Notes under the pieces: generated by a model
Seen by the model: only the letters and a program-made list of their open reading frames with translations
Databases searched by the model: none
What the model was told of the DNA's origin: nothing
Made by a program: the position numbers and the translations under genes
NCBI RefSeq assembly: GCF_964204865.1
Contig: NC_135254.1
Coordinates: 10,974,001-11,038,000, forward strand
DNA length: 64,000 nucleotides
Direction of reading: 5' to 3'
Source: Styela clava
Lineage: Eukaryota
Part shown: positions 34,801 through 45,800 of the stretch, piece by piece
Layout of the letters: every line of letters starts with the position of its first letter
Position numbering within the stretch: the first letter of the stretch is position 1

Positions 34801-36981
34801 TTCATGTTAAAAAGAAAAATTTATTTGGACATGTTGCTGCTACTACTGCCTCTCGTGGTGAATTATTCTTGTTTTGGAGTTTGTATAAAGCTCCTGTGTT
34901 ACTCGCACTCATTGCCGGAAAAGCGTCAAACGTAGCAGAGAAGATTGGTGATGATCTTATTTTAGCAAGAGCTCTTGCGGTGTTAAAGGGAATTTATGGA
35001 ACAGAGAATGTTCCTGAGGTAAGGTTTTTGAAACCAAAATTGATCAATTCATTGTTAGGCTGAATTGCTGTCATAGTGATGTTTTTGTTGTTGGGAAAAA
35101 TTATTTTTCTCTTGCAAATACACAACCAGTTGCTTCAAATTTTCATTTGTTAGAGATGAAAGTGTCTTCTGTCCATATTTATTAGTTTTGAGAAATTTCA
35201 TACTGCCACATACATATCCCCTTATTGACAGGCACAAGCGATGTTTTTCATTCAATTGAAGTTACACCCTATTTTGGATGTCTATTCAAATTGAGATCGA
35301 AATTAAATTGAATAAAGTTTTTAACATTCAGGTATTTAAATACCAAATATAGAAAAAATATTGTATGACTTAGAAATTAATTTCTTTTCAGCCCAAACAT
35401 TCTCATATAACAAGATGGGGATCAGATCCGTGGGCAAAAGGAAGTTATTCTTATGTGAGTACAACATCTTCAGGTGATGATTATGATGTGATGGCGAAGC
35501 CTGTATTTCCAACAGATGGTGATGAAAACTCTGATTTCAAAGATGCAAAGAAATTGCCCAGGTTATTTTTTGCAGGTATGTCAGGTTTGTAATTCTAGAT
35601 GGAAGATGTTTGTATATCAGAAAAGGCATGTTGAGAATTTCAAAGGTTAATTTCAGAAAAAAATAAATTTATTTATCATGCTGCTATTATTAATTTGTCT
35701 TAAGCTTAAATAGAGGGGGAAGATACTTGATGCAGTAAATAAATTTACAAATTCATGCTGGTATGCCAGTGGTTCTCAACCTGTGGTACGCGTACCACTA
35801 GTGGGAGCTTTTCAAGTGGTATGCGAGCAGATTTGAATTATTGCAACAATTAACCTTTCAGTTGGCTAAAATATGCCGGCAACGCTTTATCTTTCTTACT
35901 GTATGTATTCGCTGAGCGTTAATGGATGTTTTCCTGAACTTCAGTTACTTTGTTTATTTCGGGAACAAAAGCCTATCAGCAATAAGTCAATAATGACGCA
36001 ACAGGTAACAATTGCAATTTTTGCAACCAGCGATCAGACACTTCTGTCGCCCAAACAGATATTCAAGCATAGTCGCAAACATTGCCTCATTTTTGTAGTT
36101 TTGAGTGATTTTTGTCAGTTTTCAGTTGTGTTTCAAGAAAATAATTGTGAATTAATTAACTTAGTTGTCATTATGTCTTCCGCGGAGCTTTAATTTAGTT
36201 GCAGTAATTAAAAATCAATCTTGCAAATGCTGCGATGGACAAGGCTAAACATAGCTATATATATCAGTACCTGCAAACGGCACATGTTTCATTAATTTCA
36301 ATACAAATGATGGTTTCAAACACGTAAACCAGTTTATATGCGCCAACACATCAAAACACTCTCAGAATAAGTATAAAGTTTGCAATAGTAATGTATAAGG
36401 ATAATTTTTCCGGGGTCACTGGTCGGGGAAACGTCCATAGTGCTGGTGCGCTACCAGTCCTTGTCTTTAGAGATCGCCCGCTATTGCCCACCTTAAATGA
36501 AGCGATATGGGCATGTTTTTGTCTGTTTTGAGTGTTACGCCACAAGGGATGTAGTGCCACATTATAAAAAACTCCCATAGCACGTTTCTTGTGTCTTTTT
36601 TCTTACGCCAAAAAAGGGGCTGTGTCGGTGGTACGCTGCCATAGTAAAAAACAGTAAAGTGGTATGCGGTCTGTAAAAGGTTGAGAACCACTGTGTTATG
36701 CTGAACAAAATCAGATTCAATAACATTAAAATCTAAACATTCTGATAAAAGAAAGTATTTTTCATATTTATTATCTGGAGTCTATTGTCTTATATCCAGG
36801 AGAACATACAATGAGAAATTACCCGGCAACTGTTCATGGAGCATTATTGAGTGGATTCAGAGAAGCAGGAAATATTGCTGATCAGTTTCTAGGTGATTTG
36901 ATTGATCTTACATCTGAACCAGATCAAAATGAGGAAGCAATGGCTTCAAGTGTTGAAGAACCGATTGAAACAACTTCCTGA
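22875..36981 (+). CDS. KDM1A: Lysine-specific histone demethylase 1A (LSD1): SWIRM, amine oxidase and Tower domains; 14 coding exons, 771 aa
   Basis: Exons: 22875-23028, 23339-23472, 23776-23950, 24867-24973, 25341-25517, 25833-25975, 26537-26688, 26929-27020, 30245-30430, 33962-34094, 34385-34578, 34716-35018, 35392-35575, 36800-36981 (2316 nt, all GT-AG, in frame). Motifs: GAAFQSRLP; FAD-binding [25 protein letters not shown]; [15 protein letters not shown]; [17 protein letters not shown]; catalytic Lys in GFGNLNKV; [24 protein letters not shown]. Confidence 0.97.
24086..24395 (+). mobile_element. Helentron-associated (HINE/DINE-1-like) non-autonomous rolling-circle element
   Basis: 5' ttattacttatcgat followed by a (gtct/gttt)n microsatellite; 3' inverted copy atcgataag, hairpin tcggtc-tct-gaccga and ttctcgtt end. 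Lies in KDM1A intron 3. Confidence 0.65.
25683..25778. mobile_element. MITE family A, truncated copy
   Basis: Matches the left half of 199-403 (ggcgctccagaagtgtgtgtacc...gaaacctatgggca). Confidence 0.75.
26011..26097. repeat. 42-bp tandem duplication
   Basis: taccttgatg(c/t)ctataa..ctattaggtg(g/a)tgtatatcgctg occurs twice. Confidence 0.8.
27086..29666. mobile_element. Unclassified TIR DNA element in KDM1A intron 8 (outer layer)
   Basis: Inverted ends atatatcgacgcatgaaatccaaa / tttggttttgaggtgtcgatatat; internal repeated ggacttagccc / gggctaagtcc motifs. Confidence 0.6.
27249..29224. mobile_element. hAT-like non-autonomous element nested in the 27086-29666 element
   Basis: TIRs tagggttgccactt / aagtggcatccct; CGAAT subterminal arrays at both ends; approximate TSD gatgaatt / gatgatat; internal ~100-bp tandem duplication at 28914-29118. 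Confidence 0.65.
30492..33182 (-). mobile_element. Degenerate piggyBac-like transposon in KDM1A intron 9
   Basis: TIR ccctttaatgataattcgac / gtcgaattatcattaaaag; five GGCCTTCCGGAAGGCC-type palindromes; decayed minus-strand coding relic with an acidic N-terminus (..[11 protein letters not shown], 31988-31794). The TTAA flanks are not intact, so the superfamily call is tentative. Confidence 0.6.
33305..33552. mobile_element. hAT MITE
   Basis: TIRs taggggtgtgcaacct / aggtcgcacatccctg; TSD gattcgat / gattagat; ggcccg subterminal motifs. Confidence 0.8.
35767..36693. mobile_element. hAT (Charlie-like) MITE containing a nested family C MITE
   Basis: Perfect TIRs cagtggttctcaacct / aggttgagaaccactg; TSD tggtatgc / tgttatgc. 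Confidence 0.85.
35924..36436. mobile_element. MITE family C, copy 2
   Basis: AT-ggatgttttcct ... ggggaaacgtcc-AT, with collinear similarity to 20663-21145 (e.g. tttaattta.ttgcagtaat, tgatggttt.aa.cac). Confidence 0.7.
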
Positions 36982-37185
36982 TGCATTCATCAAGATATCT
37001 GGTTGAATAATAGTATTTGGTCAGAACTATTGACTCTGAGCTGTTCATGAAACTGATGATTCTTCAAATTCATGTGTGATGATGTTGACAGATCAGGACA
37101 TGCCTCATGCAAAGATTGAATTTTTTTTTAATCGGTGCCTTCCAGTCGTACCTGCACTGCCACATTCGCAAGTTTTTTTTACCTG

Positions 37186-37191
37186 AATAAA
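37186..37191 (+). other. Probable KDM1A polyadenylation signal
   Basis: First AATAAA, about 205 nt after the stop codon. Confidence 0.5.
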
Positions 37192-37198
37192 ATCATTT

Positions 37199-37242
37199 CC
37201 GCCATATGTCCGATTTATACCGCCATATGTCCGATTTATACC
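37199..37242. repeat. 21-bp tandem duplication
   Basis: ccgccatatgtccgatttata occurs twice. Confidence 0.85.
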
Positions 37243-38557
37243 AACTGAACCTCTTGTTTCTGGGGAGGTTTAAGGGTTAAGATTATATGTTTGTGTTATA
37301 AATTTTTTCGCACTTTCCCTTACCGTTTATATAGAAATTTGCTCATAGCAGTCAGGTCTCCCAAAGATAGCAAGTAACGACTGCCTTTAGGTGAAAGGGA
37401 TATAGCGACTAAATAGAGCCTTGAATGACTCGAAGTCTTCGGGAAATGAACACTTTGTTTGAAATAGATCATAATTTTCTCGATCAAAGAGTACATCTCT
37501 TTGAGAAGTTGTTTCTCTGGGAATTAGCATGGTTCAAACGTTTTTTGTTGTTCAATTTCCACTTCAGGCTTGAATACATTCAGCAAAACATCCGTGTATA
37601 TGCCGAAATTTTAAACTTCAGAACACCATATGGAAAAGAGTACTTGGGATATTGTTATCTAACATCTTAATATATCATTCAAAGTGTGAGTAAACCCATA
37701 CGTAAAAACAAGCCTTTGATAAAATGGCAGAGAATAATGTTGAGCCAATAACATGGAGCTCGATTGCATAGACTGATACAAAAGTTCTTAGCATTCCAAA
37801 AATGAATCCTGGTCAAGCATAATTAAATAAGGAAATGAATAAAAAAATATACTCTTTATTCAAATGTAATCTATATAGATGTTAAAATCTGTGAGCGCAA
37901 ATGTCTACCAATGCAAAATAGTAATGATTGTGATAGTGGTGATGCAATGATTGATATAAATTACTTCCAGCTTGCAGAATCATTTATATAAACGAAGATT
38001 TTACCTTTAAATTTATTCGTTCGCTTTTTTCCAACCACACATTGTTGATATAATTAAATATTTTGAAGTCAAGAGATCAATGCTTGAATATATATACACG
38101 ACGGTCTAAATGTCAAAAAGTGCTCCCATAAATTAAAAGAGAACAGAAAAAGGTGGGTGAAGTAAAATTAGTAGACATCTGGCGACTCTTCGATCGATCG
38201 TTCCATTAGTTATAAAGTAGAACGATTTTTTTCCAACAACAATAACCTCAAAATTGATCAAACCAGTTCACTTGCACATTTCTTGGTCCAGAAGCCGAAT
38301 TGCACTGGAGAGGCCATGGTTTGTCACGCCATATGTATAAGTTAATTTCGACGCCATAATCAAATAACAGGGGATAAAATAATTGAGGAAAGAAAAAGCA
38401 AAACTGATTATATATATTACCACAACGCCTTCATCGTCTTTTTGTTCGATCCAATCTTCTCGTCTGTTGAAAAAATAAGATAAAAACTGTGGAATTTGAT
38501 TTCACGAAAAGTAATAACTTTGTTGTTAGATTTCATTCAAATTATCAATGATACACC

Positions 38558-39197
38558 TAGGCTTACCATACGTCCCGCTTTAGGGTGGACAGTCCCGATT
38601 TTCAGCGTCTTGTCCCGACGTCCCGACAAGTCAGTCAAACTCAAAAGTCCCGCTTTTGCGTTCAGCCATCCAGCATATAATACACCAACATGTTTTTGAT
38701 AATGTTGTTGCTGTGTAGGGCAACGCTAGCCTACTTACTGGAGGTGAATGCGTTATATTGTTTGTTTCGTTGTTTCCCGCTAACATTGTTAGCGAACGTA
38801 TCACATGTAAAATCAATTCTAATTGGCCCTGTTCGAACATTCACGTGAATGTAACATTGAGCAACGTCTTTTTGAAGGCGTTATCTACAGAAAAGCATGC
38901 TCAGGGAATATTCGTTATTATTCGTTATTCCCTTTGCTGTACATAAAAAAATCTAAATTCGGATCATTTGTATCGTTAGCGTCTATTCCTTTCTATTTTT
39001 CGAACTGAACCATATATTTAGACAGAGAATATGCGCATGAACTCTCGATGAAAATATGGTCAATGAAGACAGCCGGGATGGCTTCAAATGTAGGCCTATG
39101 TAGTAAAATCGGAAACTGTAAAGTTACAGGATCCCAGCTAAGGGGTCGTGTCTTTGGAGGCGTCCCGCTTTGAAGTCCAAAAAATATGGTAACCTTA
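38558..39197. mobile_element. hAT (Blackjack/Tip100-like) non-autonomous element
   Basis: Termini taggcttaccata / tatggtaacctta with multiple gtcccg subterminal motifs. No clear TSD. Confidence 0.6.
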
Positions 39198-39699
39198 CCT
39201 ATGGGAGATATACCGATGTTGTCATACGCATGTATTAGCGCAAACTCTGCTTGGATTTTTGTGTTTCCTGAAAAATTTTAGTTTCTATAAGTCTGGTAAA
39301 ATGGAATCTTGCGACATTTTTATAACGCTAATAGATTCACGTAACCCCATCTGCGTTCAGAGAGAATTATGTGGCGCTTACTTTGGATGGGTATCTTGTG
39401 CCTTGATTAGCCTTGTCAAATAATCTTCGATTTGACTGCAAATAGGCAACTGATATATGATTCATTGTATAAAAATAATAATAATAATTGAATATATTTG
39501 ATAATCGAGAGTGGGCTTTGCAACGGTGAAATGTAAAGGGTTATAACCACCGTACTTTACCAAACTGTACTCACTTATGTAATTATTATCTGTCAGTGTA
39601 AGTTTTATATTAATCACCTGTTTAAAATTTTATCTTGTTATATACATGCAATTTTTTGTCCCAAAAACAAATTTTTGACTTTGAAAATGAAACTTTAAA

Positions 39700-39738
39700 T
39701 GACGTAATAACAACCGACGTTTGACGTCATGCACGTCA
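39700..39738 (+). promoter_or_regulatory. CRE/ATF motif cluster in SMG7 proximal promoter
   Basis: TGACGTAA (39700), CGACGT, perfect TGACGTCA (39722-39729) and CACGTCA within 40 bp, about 100 nt upstream of the ATG. Confidence 0.55.
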
Positions 39739-39792
39739 AAGAAACTCCGTTGATGATAACAACAAGCTCACTTGGAGACTACCGTCCTTACA

Positions 39793-39837
39793 ATGGAGGT
39801 GATGGCGCAAGTCGCCTGGACAAAGCGTTATTTATGA
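39793..39837 (+). promoter_or_regulatory. uORF (MEVMAQVAWTKRYL*) overlapping the SMG7 start codons
   Basis: acaATGg context; 14 codons; TGA at 39835-39837 lies inside ttATGATG. Confidence 0.5.
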
Positions 39838-42800
39838 TGAATAATTGCGTCCAGCTGTTGGAGTAAGTAGTTTGAAATTAGTTTTATTTAATTCTTCTTT
39901 TTGTGTAGAATATTTGTATTTAGTTTTAGGCCTGCTGTAGTGTTTTAAGCTTTTGAAAAAGGGCAGTAAAGTTGGCCATTTTTTAAGTTTTATACCTGAA
40001 AGGTTGAGGTTAAATAGGGTTAGAACGAAAAAGCAAACGCAAATGCAATTTGAAAGAAAAACTTGAAGTTTTTCAAGACATTACAGTTAAAAATGAATAT
40101 ATCCTAGGCTATCGAATGTGGTTGAGATCGAAACTCTCTATACACTACTAACTATGCTTGGGTCTGGTATAGTTTAGTACCACATGTACTTCTAGTTATG
40201 TAGTTGGGCTGGCGCAACAATTTTTGCATATGTCAATCCTAACCCCCACTTGACTAAGCCACTACAACGTCCCAGTAGCGTAATAGAGTCCTCCAAATTG
40301 TACAGATGGTCGTCCAAAATGCGCAGACTATCACCCAAAATCAAGCAAGCTATTTCTCTTGTTTGGCGGCGGAAATGCCGTTTTGGGCAATAGTAGCTAT
40401 ACTTGGGCTTTATGACGTGATTGTGACGTTGTAAAGACGTAATTTTTGGATGACAATGTCAGGTGGGGGTTAGGAATAACATATGCAAAATTTGTTATGC
40501 TAGCCTACGCCCACTGGAAGTGCATGTGGTACTAAACTATACCAGACCCTTATGCTTTACTGCTTTTCCTTATCATTTGCATTTGTAAGGACAATTGCTA
40601 ATTCTTTAATTGCTAATAAAAGTAAAAATGTTTCGTTTTATTCTCAGAAAAGCTGAGAATTTGAAGAAAGAGTTGACACATACAAGAAGAAATGGGTTGA
40701 ATGGTGATGGGGAATCAACATCTAACCGAGCTGCATTACAGGATTTATACCGACAACTACTTATAACTAATTTGGAATATGCTCTGGATAAAAAGATTGA
40801 ACAGGAATTGTAAGCCTAAATTTTTTTAATGTTTCATACTGTAGTTTATAACTTATAACAATGAAGGGTTTCACAGTGCTCGATTCAATATTTGACTGAG
40901 TACTTCAGTACGGCACAGTTCTCTGATGCCAAGAAAATCCTCCACATTGAAAGATATCGATTATAGCAGTGATTGCAAACCCCTCCCTTACGAGACAATC
41001 TGGGCCTCTATACCAGCAAAAATCTGTGCAACAAACTAAAAGGAGGCGCAATTTAAAAACGTCACCATTGGATTTCCTGAAAAATTTTTTTTGATTTATC
41101 AAAGGATAAAGATCTCACCGCATCATCTGAGAGTTTTTGACAAAAAACACAATTTTGACACATTGCGGCCAACGCACATTGCGATTAATTCAGTTTATTA
41201 TTGAGACAAGCAAAACGCGATCTGACGCATCTGCAGTCATGCCAGATGCCCTCGTTTCAGAGACAAGTTGAGTGCTTGTTTTATCGAACCAAATGTCGGG
41301 ACATCTTGGAATCGGATAACTGTGTCCTGCTGTACTTATCTCCTTGCCCAACTTAATCAGACATGTGGCTTTGGCTTTGATGAAAATGGAATCATAATTA
41401 TGCATATCAGAATGTATATATATTTGAGGAAGTGATTTCAGAGGGTTTTCTGAGAATGTTTAGTGGCGATTAACTTCTCTCTCTGTGAATCTCAAATGCT
41501 CTTGCTAACTTATTTTTGATATCTGCCATGCTCGAAATCTGCAGGAAACCTTTCAAACAAATTTTGATGCTACTTTTCACCAGCCTTTTACCTGGTGACT
41601 TATGTGAATTTGAAATGTTATCTTTACCTCTTGGCATATTCTGTTCAATTTAAATTTGGAGAGATGGGCTTGGATTTGATGCTGTGTCAATGCAATAGTC
41701 ACAAGACCAACAAGTCTATATTTATTCTCAACGAGAGTCAAGTATTCTTACTAGAAAGTTATTCAATCATGCTAATACTGATACAATTTTCTGTTCAGAT
41801 GGAACATTGTGTTCAAAAATCACATCACAGCACTTCAGCAACAGACAAAAGACAAAGCAGTATGTACATTTGCAAATGATTTCTATTGTTTCTTTTAATT
41901 TCTGGCATTGCTTCAGTCAATTGATCTAAAAAGTGAATTTTCAATACGCATATGAAAAGTTTTATGGTTATCTATGCAAAAATATAAATTACTTTTTTCA
42001 GAATCCTAAAAGAACAGAAATTCAGAACCAGTTAACAGTTTTTCTTGATGCATCCAGTGGTTTTTATGCCTTATTACTTCAAGATCTTTGTCATGTTTTC
42101 AAAATCAATTTACCATGTAGGGTTCGAGCATCAAAATTGTCACTTTTGAGAGGTAAGTTCTGTTTCGTTATTTACTGTTGTCTTGTTTATTTTCTTGATA
42201 TCATTCACTTATTTCATATCACAAATGTAATAGTTGAGAGGTTTATTGCTCCCCCAAGATCTGATGGGGAAAAGGTAAATGTTGGGAAATGAACTTGTTA
42301 TATCTGAGAAAACAATTATCCTGCCATAGAATGTGTGACTCTTAAAACAAAAATTTATGAAAACAATGTCAGTATATACTTAGTGTATTCTTCCCTGGCC
42401 TTGTAAACCTATTTTATTTGATAGTTCTACAAATATGTTATATTGAAGTAGTGTTATCACTTGACAGATTCAGACAATATAAAGCGCAGTTCAATTACTC
42501 AACCAGAGAGACCTTCATGTCAATACATGTGCCAACATTGTCTGGTTCATTTGGGAGATATCGCACGATACAGGAACCAAAATGGACAGGTATGTTTATT
42601 GGTTGTTTCAATGTTGGTTTATTTGAATTGTGGTCGTTATATATACAGAGTAATTAATTGGTATCGAAACACGTCCATTTAAGTTAATATGAATAATTTT
42701 GTACTTTTATGATTTTTATTCAATATGTTAGTTAGTGATCAGGCTTTTTTTTTTTTTATTTATTTACAACTCTTTTTAACATATTACCATTCTGACTGTT

Positions 42801-45800
42801 TTCATCAGGCTAAGTAATTCCATAATCCACTGAATAATGCCACAATATCTTGACGTTCATTACCTGTACATACCCAATTTGTTGATCAATTTACTTTCAT
42901 TTGACAGAAAACTTATTGAGTGTTATTGATCCATGTAATTCGTAGTAATAAACTTTTAGTTGATTGTTTGTTATTGCTGAACACTTACCTGGGTAGAGCT
43001 CCCATGAATATTGATTATTTAACATATCTTATGGATGGCAAGAGATTGGAACTGCTAAAGATTTTATTTCGCTCATATGGGATCAATCATTAGTCATTCA
43101 ATTTACATTTTAATTTGGCGCTCCAGTAGTGTGTGTACCAATATGGAGGTGACTAATTTTGTTCGCCTACTTTACATCTAGTTGTGTAAAGGGACTAAAA
43201 CCTATGGGTATTCACTTGGCTAACACAGACAGAACTCATGATAGAACTAAAATGAGGAAAATCGGAATAAAATTATGCCCTAACCCCAACCTTGTACACA
43301 TACTTCGGGAGTACCGATCCATCTTGGCACCCATACTCGTGTATAATGAATGGTTGTCACCCATTAATTGGTCTTGCATCATTTAATCGAATGCCAAATA
43401 TAGATACCACATTTTTTCATTTCTGTTTTAGGCAGAGTCATATTATCGACATGCAGCCCAATTGGTTCCTAGCAATGGGCAACCATACAATCAACTTGCC
43501 ATACTTGCGGCAGCTGGAGGTGATATATTGAGCACTGCTTTTTATTATTGTCGAAGTCTTGCTGTGAAATGCCCTTTTCCTGGATCCGAAACTAACTTGA
43601 AACGTCAGCTTAGCAAAATTATTGATGGGTAAGTGATTTTATTTCGAGTGTAAATCATGTATGTCAGTATCGTAATATATTATAAACAAGTTTGAGTTGT
43701 GATAGTCCATTCTGTGTATCATATACAGACCCAATACTAAATACCCTATATTTAATCTGACTCTTACAGTTAGAAGATACTAATATGCACTAAACCACTC
43801 CCTCCTTGTTTTCATCCTGTTTGAATCAGTGTGCAGCAGCTGCTGTAACAATGCTCGTACACGTACAACACTTAATCCCTTTCTATGAAATGGTAAATGT
43901 AGTATCTAACACTCTTTCTTGAATCAACCTTAAAGTGACCCCTATGCTGTACCTGTACTGATCAGTTACCCACAAGAAATAGGAACTGTTCGCTACAGTG
44001 AAACCAAAGTAGCTTATGTCACAATTTTCTGATATTGCATTTTTTTATCTTTTGACGTTGTGGGCCAGGGGCCATCTTTTGGTCTGGGTTACAAAGATGT
44101 ACCAGTTTTGGTTTTAGGGAGTTCCTTATGTCTAATTTTAGGACTGTATGGATCTGAAAATTTTAAAAAATGTGATTTTCTCAAAACCATTAAATATGAC
44201 ATAAGCTAATTTGGTTCCATTGCTGCGAGTCTTGGCTTTTCGTATTGTTAATAAGCTCATTAGTAGTTTTAATAAAATATGGATTCGACTAATATTTCTC
44301 ATATTATTCATTTACAGTGAAGAACCTCGACATCAAAAAATTTCCACCAGTGAATTAGTCAAGTTTTACCTCAAATTTCATGCTTGTATATACTTAAGAA
44401 AATGTAAGTAAAATATTCTTCATTAATTACTAGTATTGATTTTCCTTTCAATTTTTGAATAATATTTGGCATTTGCTATACATGGATTTTAGCTTATAGA
44501 GAGAAGGGGTATTTCTAGAACAATGTAAACAATTGAAATATAGTGTTGGATTAACATTGTTTTTATATGTTCAATATGCAAGGCATCAAGGCTCCTGGGC
44601 TATTTATATGCGCCATGTGCAAGCAGCATTACGTCACAGTCGAGCATTAAATAAAATAAATAAGAAAGTAAAATGAAGGCGAAAAATTTTCAATATTGAC
44701 CATCTGAAAAACATTCTTATTGCGTTGTATTATTTAAAATTTATTTTATTTATACCATAACATGCATATTCTTAGAATAAGGCTTCAAGGCTGATTTATT
44801 AGAGTATGTAAGAATATGTAAGGTACTACCGGTGCTTTAATTGAGCGAAGTTTTGTTTGAGTTTACAGGGTGATAAATATATTCTTGTATCTAGTAGTTT
44901 CTTCTCGTTTGGTTTGGTGCCAAAATACCAGATGTAAATTATTAATTGAGTAATTACTGTTCAGAATTTTTTATGACTCCCTCGAGACTCATTATTGTCA
45001 TCAATTTAGTTGATACAAATACAGTATTCATTTATTATTGAAGTTATATATGGGCTTTTGAAATCTATTAGCAAATATTTCTTCTAGTATGTTCAAAATA
45101 GTCGCACAGGCTAGGCTGTGTATAGTTTCTTCCCTCTGCAACTTAATGAGAGAAAATCTACAAAAAATTCACATTTATGCATTTTCATTTTTCAAACAAA
45201 TATGTTCATATGAAATGGTATTGCAAAAATGGTTTATATGTAAATACTTGCTTTCGATGCGAAACTAGAATCAGTATAGCTGAAATATGTATTCGCTTGT
45301 ATGTTATGGTAATTATTATTGTTTCCCGGTATAAAAATGCTGTATGTAGCCAATATGTCTGAGGACTCATCAGGGACCTTTGTGGACTCGTTTGAGTTTG
45401 CGACTCGGGTTGGAAAATGCTGATGTGGACTGTAGACCACTGCTAAAACATTTTTTTGATTTTCGAATACTTCCTTGCACATTTGCTGACTATTTTTATT
45501 TTGTGATCAGATGACACAAAACTTGAAGGCATGGTAAAGAGATTACTTGGATATATGAGGGCACATCTGCGAACTGGATCCTTGTCGAGAAAACAACTTG
45601 TTCACATGGCTTTTCTTAACCTATTTTCTTTGAATCACCTCTTACCAGCAAATAACCTTTCAGAGTCTGGTAAGATAAACGTAAATACAGATATATAATA
45701 TCAGATATAATAGTAGTGATGAGCTAAACGTGAATGATATTACAATTAAAGTGATAATATTTTTGTTTCAAATGTGGCATGATGTTACTATTGAATAAGT

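Noticed and set aside
36981-39834. KDM1A-SMG7 as a tunicate-style operon
   Set aside because: The gap is 2.8 kb and contains a transposon, and SMG7 has its own promoter-like CRE cluster.
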